Shown here: positions 9,143 through 19,019 of the stretch, one piece after another
Numbering within the stretch: the stretch's first letter is position 1
Layout of the letters: every line of letters begins with the position of its first letter
Assembly (NCBI GenBank): GCA_036495685.1
Contig: DASXMJ010000090.1
Span: forward strand, 7,908 to 71,907
Reading direction: 5' to 3'
Length of the DNA stretch: 64,000 nt
Origin: Candidatus Binataceae bacterium
GTDB lineage: Bacteria > Desulfobacterota > Binatia > Binatales > Binataceae
Position numbers and translations under genes: made by a program
Notes under the pieces: generated by a model
Told to the model about the DNA's origin: nothing
The model's database searches: none
The model's input: only the letters and a program-made list of their open reading frames with translations

Positions 9143-9931
9143 TTACACTGACCTCACCAGGCCGCCGTCGATTCGGATCATCGATCCGGTTACGTATGAT
9201 GCCAGGGGGCTAGCGAGAAATGCCGCCACAGCCCCGAATTCCTCGACCGTTCCTAGTCTCCCGACTGGAACCGCCGCACCGGCGCGCTTGACCGCCTCTT
9301 CGGTTGAGATGCCGCCGCGCTCGGCCGCGGCGCGATTGAGCTGGATCATCCGGTCAGTCGCGATGGTTCCTGGCAGCAGCATGTTAACGGTTATGCCATC
9401 TCGCGCGACTTCGCTCGCGAGCGTTTTGGCCCATCCGGCAACAGCACCGCGCAGCGAGTTGGAAATTCCCAGGTGGGGAATCGGTTCGATCACGCTGAAC
9501 GACGCGACGTTGAGGATTCTTCCCCATTTGCGCTCGCGCATTTCAGGGACCAGCAGGTCGGTGATACGAAACAGCGCCAGCACCATCGCGCGGAACTGCG
9601 CTTCCCATACCTCGGGCTTCACGCCGAGCGCGCCCGAGGGTGGCGGCCCGCCGGAATTGTTCACCAGGATGTCGATGGCTCCGAGCTGCTGACGTGCGGA
9701 ACGAACCGCGCTTTCGACACTTGGCCAATCCGCGAGATCGGCCGGTAATCCGAACGCGCGCCCGCCACCCCGCGCGTTGATTTCGCCCGCAGACTTGTCG
9801 AGGGTCTCTTTCGATCGTGCGACCAGCGCCACGTCCACCCCCTCCGCCGCGAGCGCGTCGGCGATACCGCGTCCGATTCCCTTGCTGCCGCCGAAAACCA
9901 ATGCCTTCTTACCCTTGAGCTTGAGATCCAT
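9143..9931 (-). CDS. SDR oxidoreductase (FabG-like)
   Basis: GGSKGIG, DILVNNSGGPP, SNSLR, GITVN..PG. Confidence 0.9.
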   Translation of the reverse strand: MDLKLKGKKALVFGGSKGIGRGIADALAAEGVDVALVARSKETLDKSAGEINARGGGRAFGLPADLADWPSVESAVRSARQQLGAIDILVNNSGGPPPSGALGVKPEVWEAQFRAMVLALFRITDLLVPEMRERKWGRILNVASFSVIEPIPHLGISNSLRGAVAGWAKTLASEVARDGITVNMLLPGTIATDRMIQLNRAAAERGGISTEEAVKRAGAAVPVGRLGTVEEFGAVAAFLASPLASYVTGSMIRIDGGLVRSV

Positions 9932-10192
9932 GGCTTCTTCTCCGGTTTCCTGAACACTCAGATCGTCTTCGCACTGTTGCGCATCTCTAAGACCGCCGTA
10001 AAGCGCTGCAAGCCGCGCGTGGTTTCAGGTCCGCGCGCTCCTTAGCTAGTTCGGCTGCTGGCTCGGCCGGCCCGCCCGGAGCACTCTGTTGCTTCGAGGC
10101 GTGGCCGGAGAGGACGGTGTCGGGCCAGTCCGTCTGCAGCAGTTGGATATTGCTAGATTTAGGGTAGACAATCGGTGCGGAGGACCGATCGT

Positions 10193-11080
10193 ATGAGCGG
10201 AATCAGTAGCCTTGGATATCTCGGACTCGGAGTGAGAGACGTGGCCGGATGGGAGAAATTCGCCACGCAGATTCTAGGCCTGCAGAGCGCGGGCATCAGG
10301 GAGGACGGTACGCTACGGCTCAAGATGGATGAGTACGCATACCGCTTTTCACTCCATCGCGATGACGCGGACGATCTGGCCTATATCGGTTGGGAGGTCG
10401 CCGATGCAGCGGCGCTTCGGGAAATCGCCGCGCGCTTGCGCAGCGCGGGCGTCACGGTGGAATCCGCGTCGGCTGAACTGACCGCATCGCGCGGGGTTGC
10501 GGAGCTGGTTCGCTTTGTCGATCCGAATGGCATCGCCAGCGAGGCATTCTACGGGCCGTCAGTTGAATTCGAGAAACCGTTCCATTCGCCACGCGCGATT
10601 TCAGGGTTCAAAACCGGCGCGCAAGGCCTTGGACATATCGTAGTTGCGACCAGCGATGTCGACAAAAGCGTTCGCTTCTACTGCGACACCCTGGGGTTTC
10701 GAGTCAGCGATTTTATCGACATGAAGTTCGGCGCGTTCGGATTCTCGATGGCTTTCATGCACTGCAACCCGCGCCACCACACGCTCGCTCTCATTCCGAT
10801 TCCGATGCCGAAAAAACTGTTGCACTTCATGCTGCAATGCCATTCGATCGATGACGTGGGGGCGACGATGTACCTGGTGCAGGAGGCGGGGATCGAAATC
10901 GCGGCCTCGCTGGGACGGCACACCAACGACCATATGCTGTCTTTCTACATGCGGACACCCTCGGGTTTCGAGGTGGAGTACGGATGGGGCGGACGCGAAA
11001 TAGACGACCGCATCTGGCACGTTCAGAAACATCACGCGCCCAGCATTTGGGGGCATCATCGCGCGGGCATGCCGCGTTAG
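10193..11080 (+). CDS. Type I extradiol ring-cleavage dioxygenase (BphC/HsaC family)
   Basis: SLGYLG, GLGHIV, HCNPRHHTLA, LHFMLQ, LGRHTNDHMLSFY..TPSGFEVEYGWG (His/His/Glu Fe ligands). Confidence 0.92.
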   Translation: MSGISSLGYLGLGVRDVAGWEKFATQILGLQSAGIREDGTLRLKMDEYAYRFSLHRDDADDLAYIGWEVADAAALREIAARLRSAGVTVESASAELTASRGVAELVRFVDPNGIASEAFYGPSVEFEKPFHSPRAISGFKTGAQGLGHIVVATSDVDKSVRFYCDTLGFRVSDFIDMKFGAFGFSMAFMHCNPRHHTLALIPIPMPKKLLHFMLQCHSIDDVGATMYLVQEAGIEIAASLGRHTNDHMLSFYMRTPSGFEVEYGWGGREIDDRIWHVQKHHAPSIWGHHRAGMPR

Positions 11081-11216
11081 AGTGGCTTCCGACGGGGTGT
11101 GGGGCAATTTCTCCGTACGCCGCGATGCCTTTCTCCCAAGAGACTCCAACAACGCGTCGCTTGGAGGCTCCTTTAGGACGACCTCGACTCCTCGCCGACC
11201 GGAGGCGCTCTCACGG

Positions 11217-12317
11217 CTAGCGTGGCGGGAGGAGGCGGAGGTCCTGCCAGCGGCCTATCCATTTGCGGAACATTGCTTCGGTGTCGATGCACTCGCTGAA
11301 TCCCGCCTGGCGGCCTTTGATGGTGCTCACGAGCATCGGAGGCGGCGACTGAGTGAAACCATACGCGAACACCGAATCAGTAAACTCAAAAGATCCGCCG
11401 ACCAAAGCGGCGAGATCCGTGGGCGCGCGCAGATTGTATTTGTTAACTATCGCGCTCCACTCGGCAGCGCGCGCCGGCATTTCTTCGCGCAGGGAATGCG
11501 GCTCCGGCGCACCGACCCGCATGCCGAACGCGTCCGCGATGACGGGCCAGACTTCGGTCCACACCAACACGTCGCCGTTGGTGATGTTGAAAATCTGGTT
11601 AGCGCAGGCAGGATTGGTCGCTGCCCATTCCATCGAATGTGCAAGGAGGTCGGCATCGATCGCTTCCACAACCCCGGGCGTGCCGCCGGGAAACGACAAC
11701 GGAAGCCCGGCTTCTTTGCGCAGCGCCGCATAAACCCCGAGCGCGGGAAGGACATTAAGATTGCCGCCGATCGCCTCCCCGAAAACGATCTGCGGGCGCA
11801 GGATCGTCCAGCTCCAGTTCTTCCCGTTTTGCTTCGCGCGCAGGTAGTCCTCCTGCAGCCAATAGAAGTTTTCGTGCTGGTGGCGCGGATTGCCCTCCCG
11901 CGCCGGTATTGGAATTGGCGCGACGTGCGCACCGTAGGCCTTAGTGCCTTGCAGCAGGGACACTTGGCGCAGATCACGCGCAACGCCGGAGAGCGGCTCG
12001 AACAGGTTTCGCAGCATGGTCAAGTTGGTTTCCATCTGATCGCGCTCGCGCCATCCGCGGATCAACCCGGTGGAGATTTTCTCGAACAGGGCGGCATATA
12101 CAACATGGGTCACATCGCCCATCGCGCCAAAGACTTCGCGGCAGCGCTTCTCATCCATCAGGTCTACGGAAATGAAGTCCGCGCCGTGGCGATCGAGCGG
12201 GGGACGACGCGAGACGGCTATGACCTCCCAATCGTCGCGCGCGCCGAAATGCTTCACCGCGCCGTAGCCAACCAGACCGGATGCACCAGCGATCAAGACC
12301 TTTCGCTTGTTGGTCAT
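11217..12317 (-). CDS. PRISE-type SDR (progesterone 5-beta-reductase/iridoid synthase-like)
   Basis: GASGLVG, VTHVVYAA, NLTMLRN, LQGTKAYG, NFYWLQED, WTILRP, DADLLA. Confidence 0.8.
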   Translation of the reverse strand: MTNKRKVLIAGASGLVGYGAVKHFGARDDWEVIAVSRRPPLDRHGADFISVDLMDEKRCREVFGAMGDVTHVVYAALFEKISTGLIRGWRERDQMETNLTMLRNLFEPLSGVARDLRQVSLLQGTKAYGAHVAPIPIPAREGNPRHQHENFYWLQEDYLRAKQNGKNWSWTILRPQIVFGEAIGGNLNVLPALGVYAALRKEAGLPLSFPGGTPGVVEAIDADLLAHSMEWAATNPACANQIFNITNGDVLVWTEVWPVIADAFGMRVGAPEPHSLREEMPARAAEWSAIVNKYNLRAPTDLAALVGGSFEFTDSVFAYGFTQSPPPMLVSTIKGRQAGFSECIDTEAMFRKWIGRWQDLRLLPPR

Positions 12318-12450
12318 TGCTATCCTCCACGGCGCGAGTTCACCGCCAAGGATGGCAGAGACTAAGGAGAGGGAAAAGAAAAAGCGCGGCCTCTTGATCG
12401 CGACGCCGTTGTTCGGCCCAGGCCGCGCCACGACGCCCTATACTGTGCGC

Positions 12451-12599
12451 CTAGATGGTGCCGAGAAGAACCAGAATCAAGACGATGACCAGGACCGTGC
12501 CGCGGGTTCCTGACGGGTAGTACCCAGCTGAAATTGCACGGCCCTATGAGTATCGCGATTAGTAGGAGCGACAAATACGAACATTAGTACCGAGGACAT
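12451..12599 (-). pseudogene. Degenerate DUF3309-like small membrane protein
   Basis: Fragments in different frames: LLLIAILIG..., GYYPSG..GTVLVIVLILVLLGTI*; ATG-to-TAG span 149 nt, not a multiple of 3. Confidence 0.5.
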
Positions 12600-12625
12600 A
12601 TCGATCTACTCGGGGGACTGGTCAC

Positions 12626-12706
12626 TCAGAGCATATGGACCACGAGGAACCAGAGGACCAACACCGAGATCGGTACTCCCAGCAGCCATGCAATCATGTA
12701 GCGCAT
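12626..12706 (-). CDS. 26-aa single-TM micropeptide MRYMIAWLLGVPISVLVLWFLVVHML
   Basis: Hand-translated; AAGGAAGG RBS upstream; resembles the widespread WLLGVP small membrane protein family; below ORF-track cutoff. Confidence 0.65.
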   Translation of the reverse strand: MRYMIAWLLGVPISVLVLWFLVVHML

Positions 12707-12761
12707 CGGTAATCATTCCTTCCTTTAGGTTCTGGGCAAAGTGATCCACGGGCCGACACGG

Positions 12762-13115
12762 CTAGTCGACGTTTCGTTTCGCCACGAACCCCGACTGGCC
12801 TTTCATTGGCCCTTGGGCAATTTCGACAACGGCGCCGTTTTGGTCACTCGATACAATTGTCACCGGGGTCTGGTCATCGATGTCCAAGGCGGTAAAGTTC
12901 TTGCGCACATCGCCGGCCATTCCTTCGATTCCGCCTTGCTGCTGCATCCGCGAAACTTTCACATAGGTCTGTTCATCGGGATACAACGCTATGGAATGTC
13001 TGTTGCCGGTTGCGACGAGTTTGTGTGGAACGATTGATTGTCCGCTCTGACATGCAGCGACCGTTAAAGCCAATGTGGCTAGGACAATCGCCAGAAAATT
13101 GAGTTTGGCTACCAT
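12762..13115 (-). CDS. Hypothetical lipoprotein
   Basis: Signal ending TVAAC lipobox; GGGAGG RBS. Confidence 0.7.
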   Translation of the reverse strand: MVAKLNFLAIVLATLALTVAACQSGQSIVPHKLVATGNRHSIALYPDEQTYVKVSRMQQQGGIEGMAGDVRKNFTALDIDDQTPVTIVSSDQNGAVVEIAQGPMKGQSGFVAKRNVD

Positions 13116-13187
13116 CTTTTAGCCTCCCGCATCACGCTTCTTCGCCCGACTCTTGCAAATTCATTAAGCGCGCCGGAGTTCATCGTT

Positions 13188-13349
13188 CTATCTACCTACC
13201 GTCGCCCGCCTCCGTTTGCCTTCTTGGCGGCCGGCGCAAGCTGCCGCCGCCCTCGCCCCGACGCCAGTATTCCAGTGGGTCTCCTCTCGGGCACTCTCCG
13301 CTTTCTCAAATTTCCAGCGCGTCGGCGCAGGTCGTTTGCTTTCATCCAT
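13188..13349 (-). CDS. Small hypothetical protein (MDESKRPAPTRWKFEK...)
   Basis: GGAG RBS and a sigma-54 promoter about 40 nt upstream; no recognised family. Confidence 0.45.
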   Translation of the reverse strand: MDESKRPAPTRWKFEKAESAREETHWNTGVGARAAAACAGRQEGKRRRATVGR

Positions 13350-13386
13350 CAAACCACTCCTGTGAACGATTCGACGCTGGATAGAG

Positions 13387-13403
13387 AAGCATCGGACGTG
13401 CCA
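13387..13403 (-). promoter_or_regulatory. Sigma-54 (RpoN) -24/-12 promoter
   Basis: TGGCACGTCCGATGCTT: GG-N10-GC spacing, TGGCACG consensus. Confidence 0.7.
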
Positions 13404-14042
13404 TGGATTCGGTCGCCAGTTTGGCACGAGACAGGCGTGCGTAGGCGAGCCTTCAGAACACGGAACGTAAGGTGAGGAGATCGTCACCTAGTAAAATTTA
13501 CCGAAAAATGGCGAAAGGGCGGAGGGGGGAACGGCACCTAGGTTGGCGTGGTGCACGTCGCGGCGATTCTTACACGAACGCGTGTCCGAAGATTTCACCG
13601 GGGTTGAGATGGCGTGTTAGCCAGACTTCATGTGGCTTAAGATTTTTCTTGCAGAATGGTCACCCTTAACGACGTCAGATCTGGGCCCGGTTCCCTTTCA
13701 GAAAGCTTGGCGGTGTCCGCCGAAGAGGATGGTCAGAGTCCGACCGACGCTACCGTTGCTCAAGGTGTGTCCTGAAACGACTATGAAGGGGGAGTGAAGC
13801 TGCAAAGAACGCAGGTGAGAGAACTGAAGCGGCGCGTCATTACCATCCGGTCATCGGCTACCGCGCGAGCCTCGAAAAGGGCGTCGTGTCATCGCGCCTA
13901 GGTATCCCTGGCACTGGTCGACGACGGCCATCCAAGGGTGGGCGGTCCACCAAAACTCACCGATCGTGAATCCAAGGTGACCGCGTAACCTGCCGCTTCC
14001 TCCAGTTGAGATCTAATATTCTCGGAAAACTGATCACCGCTT

Positions 14043-14558
14043 CTACTCGCTTCTTGCAGGCGGCAGAACCATTATCTGTCCGCCCATTGTGGGTTGATGC
14101 TGCATGCACTTGAAGTCGAATAAGCCCTCGCGATGGAACGTGAACACGTAGGAGGTTTTCTTGAGCGGCGGCAAGTCGACGTACATTAGGATGCTCAGAT
14201 CGGCGCCCAGTAGTGCGAAGTCGTGATCATCATCAGACTGGAGATTCCAGAACGTAATTGCGGTTGGCTTATCGCGATGAACAACGATCGTTTGTGGTGA
14301 GAACGCATAGACTTCGCCAAACATCTTGATCGTTTCCTGTGGCCCGCTTTCCTTAGTCGCGACTGGCTGCGTAACGACGATGATCTCGGCTTGTTCGGTT
14401 CCGGGCTTGCTAACCGTGACGGTCTCGGATGCGGCCGCGTCGGGTAGGTAGTAGTGGCCAGGCGGCTTGAGAGGCGATGCGGCGAATGCCGTGCTGGCAC
14501 AGAACAGCGTGGGCAGCAGAACCCAGGCGCAAGCGATGCTCGGGAGTCTTTCGATCAC
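14043..14558 (-). CDS. Exported cupredoxin-domain protein
   Basis: Signal peptide (AFA), FSPQTIVV, HDF...C-x2-H-x3-M (CMQHQPTM) type-1 Cu ligands. Confidence 0.8.
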   Translation of the reverse strand: MIERLPSIACAWVLLPTLFCASTAFAASPLKPPGHYYLPDAAASETVTVSKPGTEQAEIIVVTQPVATKESGPQETIKMFGEVYAFSPQTIVVHRDKPTAITFWNLQSDDDHDFALLGADLSILMYVDLPPLKKTSYVFTFHREGLFDFKCMQHQPTMGGQIMVLPPARSE

Positions 14559-14683
14559 TTTGATTGAAGAATAGCGGCCCGCTCCTGGTGCCGGTCCGCG
14601 ATGCAAGCAAGGTCGCTGGTAACCTCGCGCACGGTTTCTGCCCATCGCGCCGGCAGAGCGTACCTGAAAGGGACGGACTCGAG

Positions 14684-15163
14684 TTACTTTTCGTCCATCA
14701 CGGTTCCGCTTTTTTCGCGGCCCGGCCGGTTCATCATGCGATGGTCAATGCGCGCGACCACCTCGCCCTTTTGATTGATCAGTGTCGAGCGCACCACCGC
14801 GAACACCATCGTGCCCGTACGCCCCGTTTTTTCGTAAATTTCCTTCACCACGGATGATACCCGAATCGAATCGCCCGGCCGAAGCGGCTGTTCGAGTTCG
14901 AAATCGATTCCGGCCATCAACCCACCGCGACTAAAAACCGGAATCCGCTCGAAAACCTCGTCGCCGTAGCGGAAGCCGGCGACAAATGCAGGGGGCGCGA
15001 TGATCCCGCCATACGGTCCCCTGGCCGCCGCCGCTTCGTCCACGTAGAGCGGATTGGTCTCGCCGACCGCGGCGCAGAAACTGGCGATACGCTCGGCGGT
15101 CACCAGAATGGGCTCCCGCCCCAGATACGTACGACCCACGAATTTATCGTTTTCCTGATCCAC
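14684..15163 (-). CDS. MaoC/FAS1-like hot-dog dehydratase
   Basis: FCAAVGETNPLY, IIAPPAF, EQPLRPGD, GRTGTMVF. Confidence 0.85.
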   Translation of the reverse strand: MDQENDKFVGRTYLGREPILVTAERIASFCAAVGETNPLYVDEAAAARGPYGGIIAPPAFVAGFRYGDEVFERIPVFSRGGLMAGIDFELEQPLRPGDSIRVSSVVKEIYEKTGRTGTMVFAVVRSTLINQKGEVVARIDHRMMNRPGREKSGTVMDEK

Positions 15164-15288
15164 TGGACCCGATCAGTAGCACACTTCTACCTAGTCGGAC
15201 CGCATGCACTCAGCGTAGGCAGGGCGCTCCGTGGAATTCGTACCGTGTGATCGGCGGTCTGGCGCTTGACATTGATGACGACTATTTC

Positions 15289-15314
15289 CAAAAGTGACTA
15301 TATCGTCCACTTTG
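15289..15314. promoter_or_regulatory. Imperfect inverted repeat upstream of TetR (probable operator)
   Basis: CAAAAGTGAC-TATATC-GTCCACTTTG; TTGACA at 15266-15271. Confidence 0.5.
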
Positions 15315-15339
15315 AACGGTGACGTCACGAACCCAGGCA

Positions 15340-15997
15340 ATGGCCCTAGCATCAACCTTGAAAGGCTCGGGAGTAAGCAGTCGGCGCTCCACTCTCAGCC
15401 GCAGGGATCGCCGGAAACTTGAGACGCGCCAGGCACTGCTTGACGCGACCCACACGCTGCTGGCTTCGCGCAATCTCGACGCGCTCAGCGTCGATGAGAT
15501 CGCGATGCGAGCGGATGTGGCCAAGGGTACCTTCTACAACTACTTCGCCGACAAGGATGCTCTCGCGCGCGAGCTTGCAGCGCGGCCGGGTCCGGATGGA
15601 AGATTGAAATCGCGCGGGCCAACGCCCAGGTCGAGGACCCGATCGCCCGAGTGGCGCGAGCGCTTTGTTGCGTGATGCGCTTTGGGCTGCGCGAGCCGCA
15701 GCAGGCTGCGGCCATGATGCGGTTTTTTCCCCACGCGACCGATCCCGCGGCGCCGGTGAATGCGGGCGTCCGCGGCGACGTCGCAGCAGGCCTCAACCAT
15801 CGCCGCATCGGGGCCCCGTCGGAAGCTAGCGCGATCGCGGCTATCGTCGGCGTTATCATGGCGGGTTTGAACCGTGTGATGGATCTGACGCCGGACCGGA
15901 CCGCTACATTCGCACGAGACCTCTGCGCGGACTCGGAGTGGACCGCTCCAAAGCGGCTCGCATCATGAAGGCGGCGGTCGAAACGATTCTTGGATAG
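15340..15997 (+). pseudogene. TetR/AcrR-family regulator with 2-3 frameshifts
   Basis: HTH ADVAKGTFYNYF; shifts near 15585-15606 and about 15921 restore ..EIARANAQVEDPIARVARAL.. and ..DLLRGLGVDRSKAARIMKAAVETILG*. Confidence 0.75.
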
Positions 15998-16098
15998 ACG
16001 GCGAGGAGCTCGCGTGGGTATGAAGGTCCAAGACAAAGCGGGCTCGCAGTGGGGGCCGCCGGCGCCGCCCATGGTGAGCTGACCAGGAGGGTTGAACA

Positions 16099-16962
16099 AT
16101 GAAGCTCGCCAGGTATTCGGCCAAGGGAGAAATCAAACTGGGTGCAGTCAAGGGCGATGGCCTCGTCGAACTTGGCAAGCGATTGCCGGCGGTGGCTGAC
16201 AACATCATCGATCTGATCAAGATGTGGCCCGAGGTCGGTTCCACGGTATCGCAACTGCTCGCTGACTCGGCGCCGGATGAATCGCTGGCGACCGTCCATC
16301 TGCTCGCGCCGATTGCGAGGCCGGGCAAGATCATGGCAATCGGGCTCAACTACGCCGACCACGTGCAGGAAGCGCGACAGAAGATGCCGCCCCATCAGAT
16401 CTGGTTTACCAAGGCGGTGACCGCGATCAACGGACCGTTTGATCCGATTCAACTTCCGCGCGCTTCCGCGCAGACCGATTACGAGGCTGAGTTGGTCGTG
16501 ATCATCGGACGACGCTGCAAGCACGTGAGCAAAGAGCGCGCCTCGGAAGTAATCTTTGGTTATTGTGCGGGTAATGATGTTTCGGTGCGAGACTGGCAAC
16601 TCCAAACGACGCAGTGGGTGCTCGGCAAGTCGTTTGATACACACGCGCCGATTGGTCCATGGATCGTCACACCCGAGGAACTAGGCGATCCGCACACCAT
16701 GGGAATTCGCTGCTTCGTCAACGGGGAACGTCGGCAGAATTCCAATACCCGCCACCTGATCTTCAACGTCTTCGATCAGATCGCGCACCTCAGTCGCGCG
16801 ATGACCCTCGAGCAGGGCGACGTGATCTTCACCGGCACTCCGGGGGGAGTAGGCATGGCGATGAGCCCATCGCAGTTTCTCAAACCGGGCGACAAGGTGC
16901 GGGTGGAAATCGACCGTATCGGTGCGATCGAGGCAGTCGCCCTTGCGGAGCCGCTTTCCTGA
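16099..16962 (+). CDS. Fumarylacetoacetate hydrolase family protein
   Basis: GKIMAIGLNYADH, DYEAEL, NDVSVRDWQ, GKSFDT, GDVIFTGTPGGVG. Confidence 0.93.
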   Translation: MKLARYSAKGEIKLGAVKGDGLVELGKRLPAVADNIIDLIKMWPEVGSTVSQLLADSAPDESLATVHLLAPIARPGKIMAIGLNYADHVQEARQKMPPHQIWFTKAVTAINGPFDPIQLPRASAQTDYEAELVVIIGRRCKHVSKERASEVIFGYCAGNDVSVRDWQLQTTQWVLGKSFDTHAPIGPWIVTPEELGDPHTMGIRCFVNGERRQNSNTRHLIFNVFDQIAHLSRAMTLEQGDVIFTGTPGGVGMAMSPSQFLKPGDKVRVEIDRIGAIEAVALAEPLS

Positions 16963-16993
16963 GCGCAACTGCCGAGCGACGGAAATCTGAGCC

Positions 16994-17807
16994 GTGCAGT
17001 CACTCCCCGAAGAGCCGGTTCGTGCATTGAGCAAAGACGAGGTCGAAGCATTTGGTAGTGATGGCGTCATCTGCGTCCGCCAGATGCTGCCGGCACGGTG
17101 GATCGAAGTTGCGGCAGCGGCGATCGAACGCACTAAACAAGCGCCGAGCGAGACCGGGAAGGTGTTGTCCAAACCCGCGCCAAGATACCTGAACGACATT
17201 TTCGTGTGGCTGGTCGACGACGGATACCGCAGGTTTCTCTTCGAATCGCCGGCCGCGCGGCTCGCGCAACAGGTCATGGGCTCGCGGACGGTTACCTTCT
17301 TTTACGACCAGGTCTTCGTAAAGGAACCCCGCACCAACCTACCAACCCTGTGGCATCACGATTTGACGTTCTGGCCGATCGAGGGCACGCAGATTTGTTC
17401 AATCTGGGTGCCGGTAGATCCGGTCACGCGGGAGTCGAGCGGGCTCGAATACGTGCGCGGGTCGCATCGCTGGAACCGGCGCTTCAAGGCGGTCTCACCC
17501 GACTATCATCCGGCGCTGCTGGCCAGCAACTTGGAAGATCCGCCGGACATCGATGCGCACCGTGCGGACTACGATTTGGTCAATTTGGGACATGGAGCCG
17601 GGCGACGTTCTGCTCTTCTATCCACTGACCCTACACGGCTCGCGCGGGAATTCATCGCCGCGACGGCCGCGCGCGTTTGCCACCCGGTGGCTGGGTGGCG
17701 ATGTGATCTATGCGCCAGTCAAGGCGCGGATGCCGCTGCCCAAGGGTCATGGATTGGTTCGCGGTGACAAATTGAGCGGCCGCTTTTTCCCGCAGGTGCT
17801 CGGCTAG
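16994..17807 (+). pseudogene. Phytanoyl-CoA dioxygenase (PhyH) family Fe(II)/2OG oxygenase with a +1 frameshift
   Basis: WHHD HxD motif; extra T in TTT 17584-17586; removing it restores WDMEPGDVLLFYPLTLHG (distal His) and RRAFATRW. Confidence 0.8.
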
Positions 17808-17825
17808 TACGATGAGGGCTGAACC

Positions 17826-18991
17826 ATGAATTTGCTCTCCGAGGCAAAACGGCTCGCGCCGCAGCTTGCGGAAACGGCCGCCGTGGATCGCGAATTGCGG
17901 CGGCTCAGCGATCAGACCTGGAAAATTCTGCTCGACGGTGGTTTCGTGCGTCGCTTCAGCCGGCCCGCTGGGGCGGCGGTGAGGTTTCGTTGATCGACTT
18001 TGTCGACGCGATGCTCGAACTGTCGCGCGTCTCACCCGCGGCGGGATGGGTGGCCGGTGTTATCGGAGTGCATCCGTGGCAACTCGCGCTCTTCGATGAT
18101 GCAGCTCAACGCGAGTTGTGGAGCGAGGATGCGGCGACGATGCATTCGTCGTCATACAACCCGACCGGCAAGGCCGAGAAAGTTGCCGGCGGTTACAAGG
18201 TCTCGGGGCGTTGGTCATTTTCGTCCGGCTGTGATCACTGCCGCGGGGTCATGCTAGGAGCGATCTGCGGATCGCGCGAGGTCGCGGGGAAACCGGTCCG
18301 CGATTTTCGATCGTTTCTTTTGCGGCGCGACCAATACCAAATCGATGACAACTGGCACGTCGCTGGGCTCCAGGGAACCGGCAGCAAGGATATCGTGGTC
18401 GCAGAGGCGTTTGTCCCCGAATATCGCAGCCAATCTCACTTTGACTACGCGACGAACCTTCCCTTGCCCGGGCAGAAGCTCAACGATGGGCCATTGTACC
18501 GCCTCCCGTGGTCGGTGGTATTCCACATGGCGCTGGCCTCAGCGACGCTCGGCTCAGCGCGCGGCTTTGTGGAGTTGTGGATAGCGCACACGCGCGATCG
18601 CACTCTGAGCTTCGGTGGACGCGCGGCCGACGACGCATTGATGCAGAAACGTCTGGCGGAGGCGACCTGGTACCTGGATACGTCCATCATGCGGATGCGG
18701 GCCGACGCGATCGAGTTGAGCCAGATGGCTGAGGCACGCAAAGCGGCACCGATGGAACTGCGGGCGCGGATGCGGTGGAACTTGAACCGGGGATGCGAGC
18801 TGGTCGGTCAGGCGGTCGCGGAGCTCTTTCACGCCGCCACCGGCCGCACCGTTTTCCTGGATCATCCGTTACAGCAGCGCTTCCAGGACCTCCAGGCCGC
18901 GATGGCGCACGCCTACATGACGCCCGACCAGGTGGCGCGCGCGGTCGGCGGGTCATTGCTCGAAACCTCGAAGCCGGAAATTATTCTGTGA
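17826..18991 (+). pseudogene. Flavin-dependent monooxygenase, acyl-CoA dehydrogenase fold (HsaA/C2-like), -1 frameshift near 17950
   Basis: ATG 17826 MNLLSEAKRLAP..; a shifted frame gives LQPARWGGGE; then SSSY, GRWSFSSGCDH, DNWHVAGLQGTGSKD, QRFQDL..AH. Confidence 0.8.
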
Positions 18992-19019
18992 GTCGAATTC
19001 GGCCGCAAGGAGTGTGGTT

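Noticed and set aside
13421-13438. Second, divergent sigma-54 promoter (TGGCACGAGACAGGC)
   Set aside because: Spacing fits but the -12 element is poor and no convincing plus-strand gene follows
13410-14040. Short plus-strand ORFs in the gene-free tract
   Set aside because: No family resemblance or clear coding signature; treated as possible regulatory DNA
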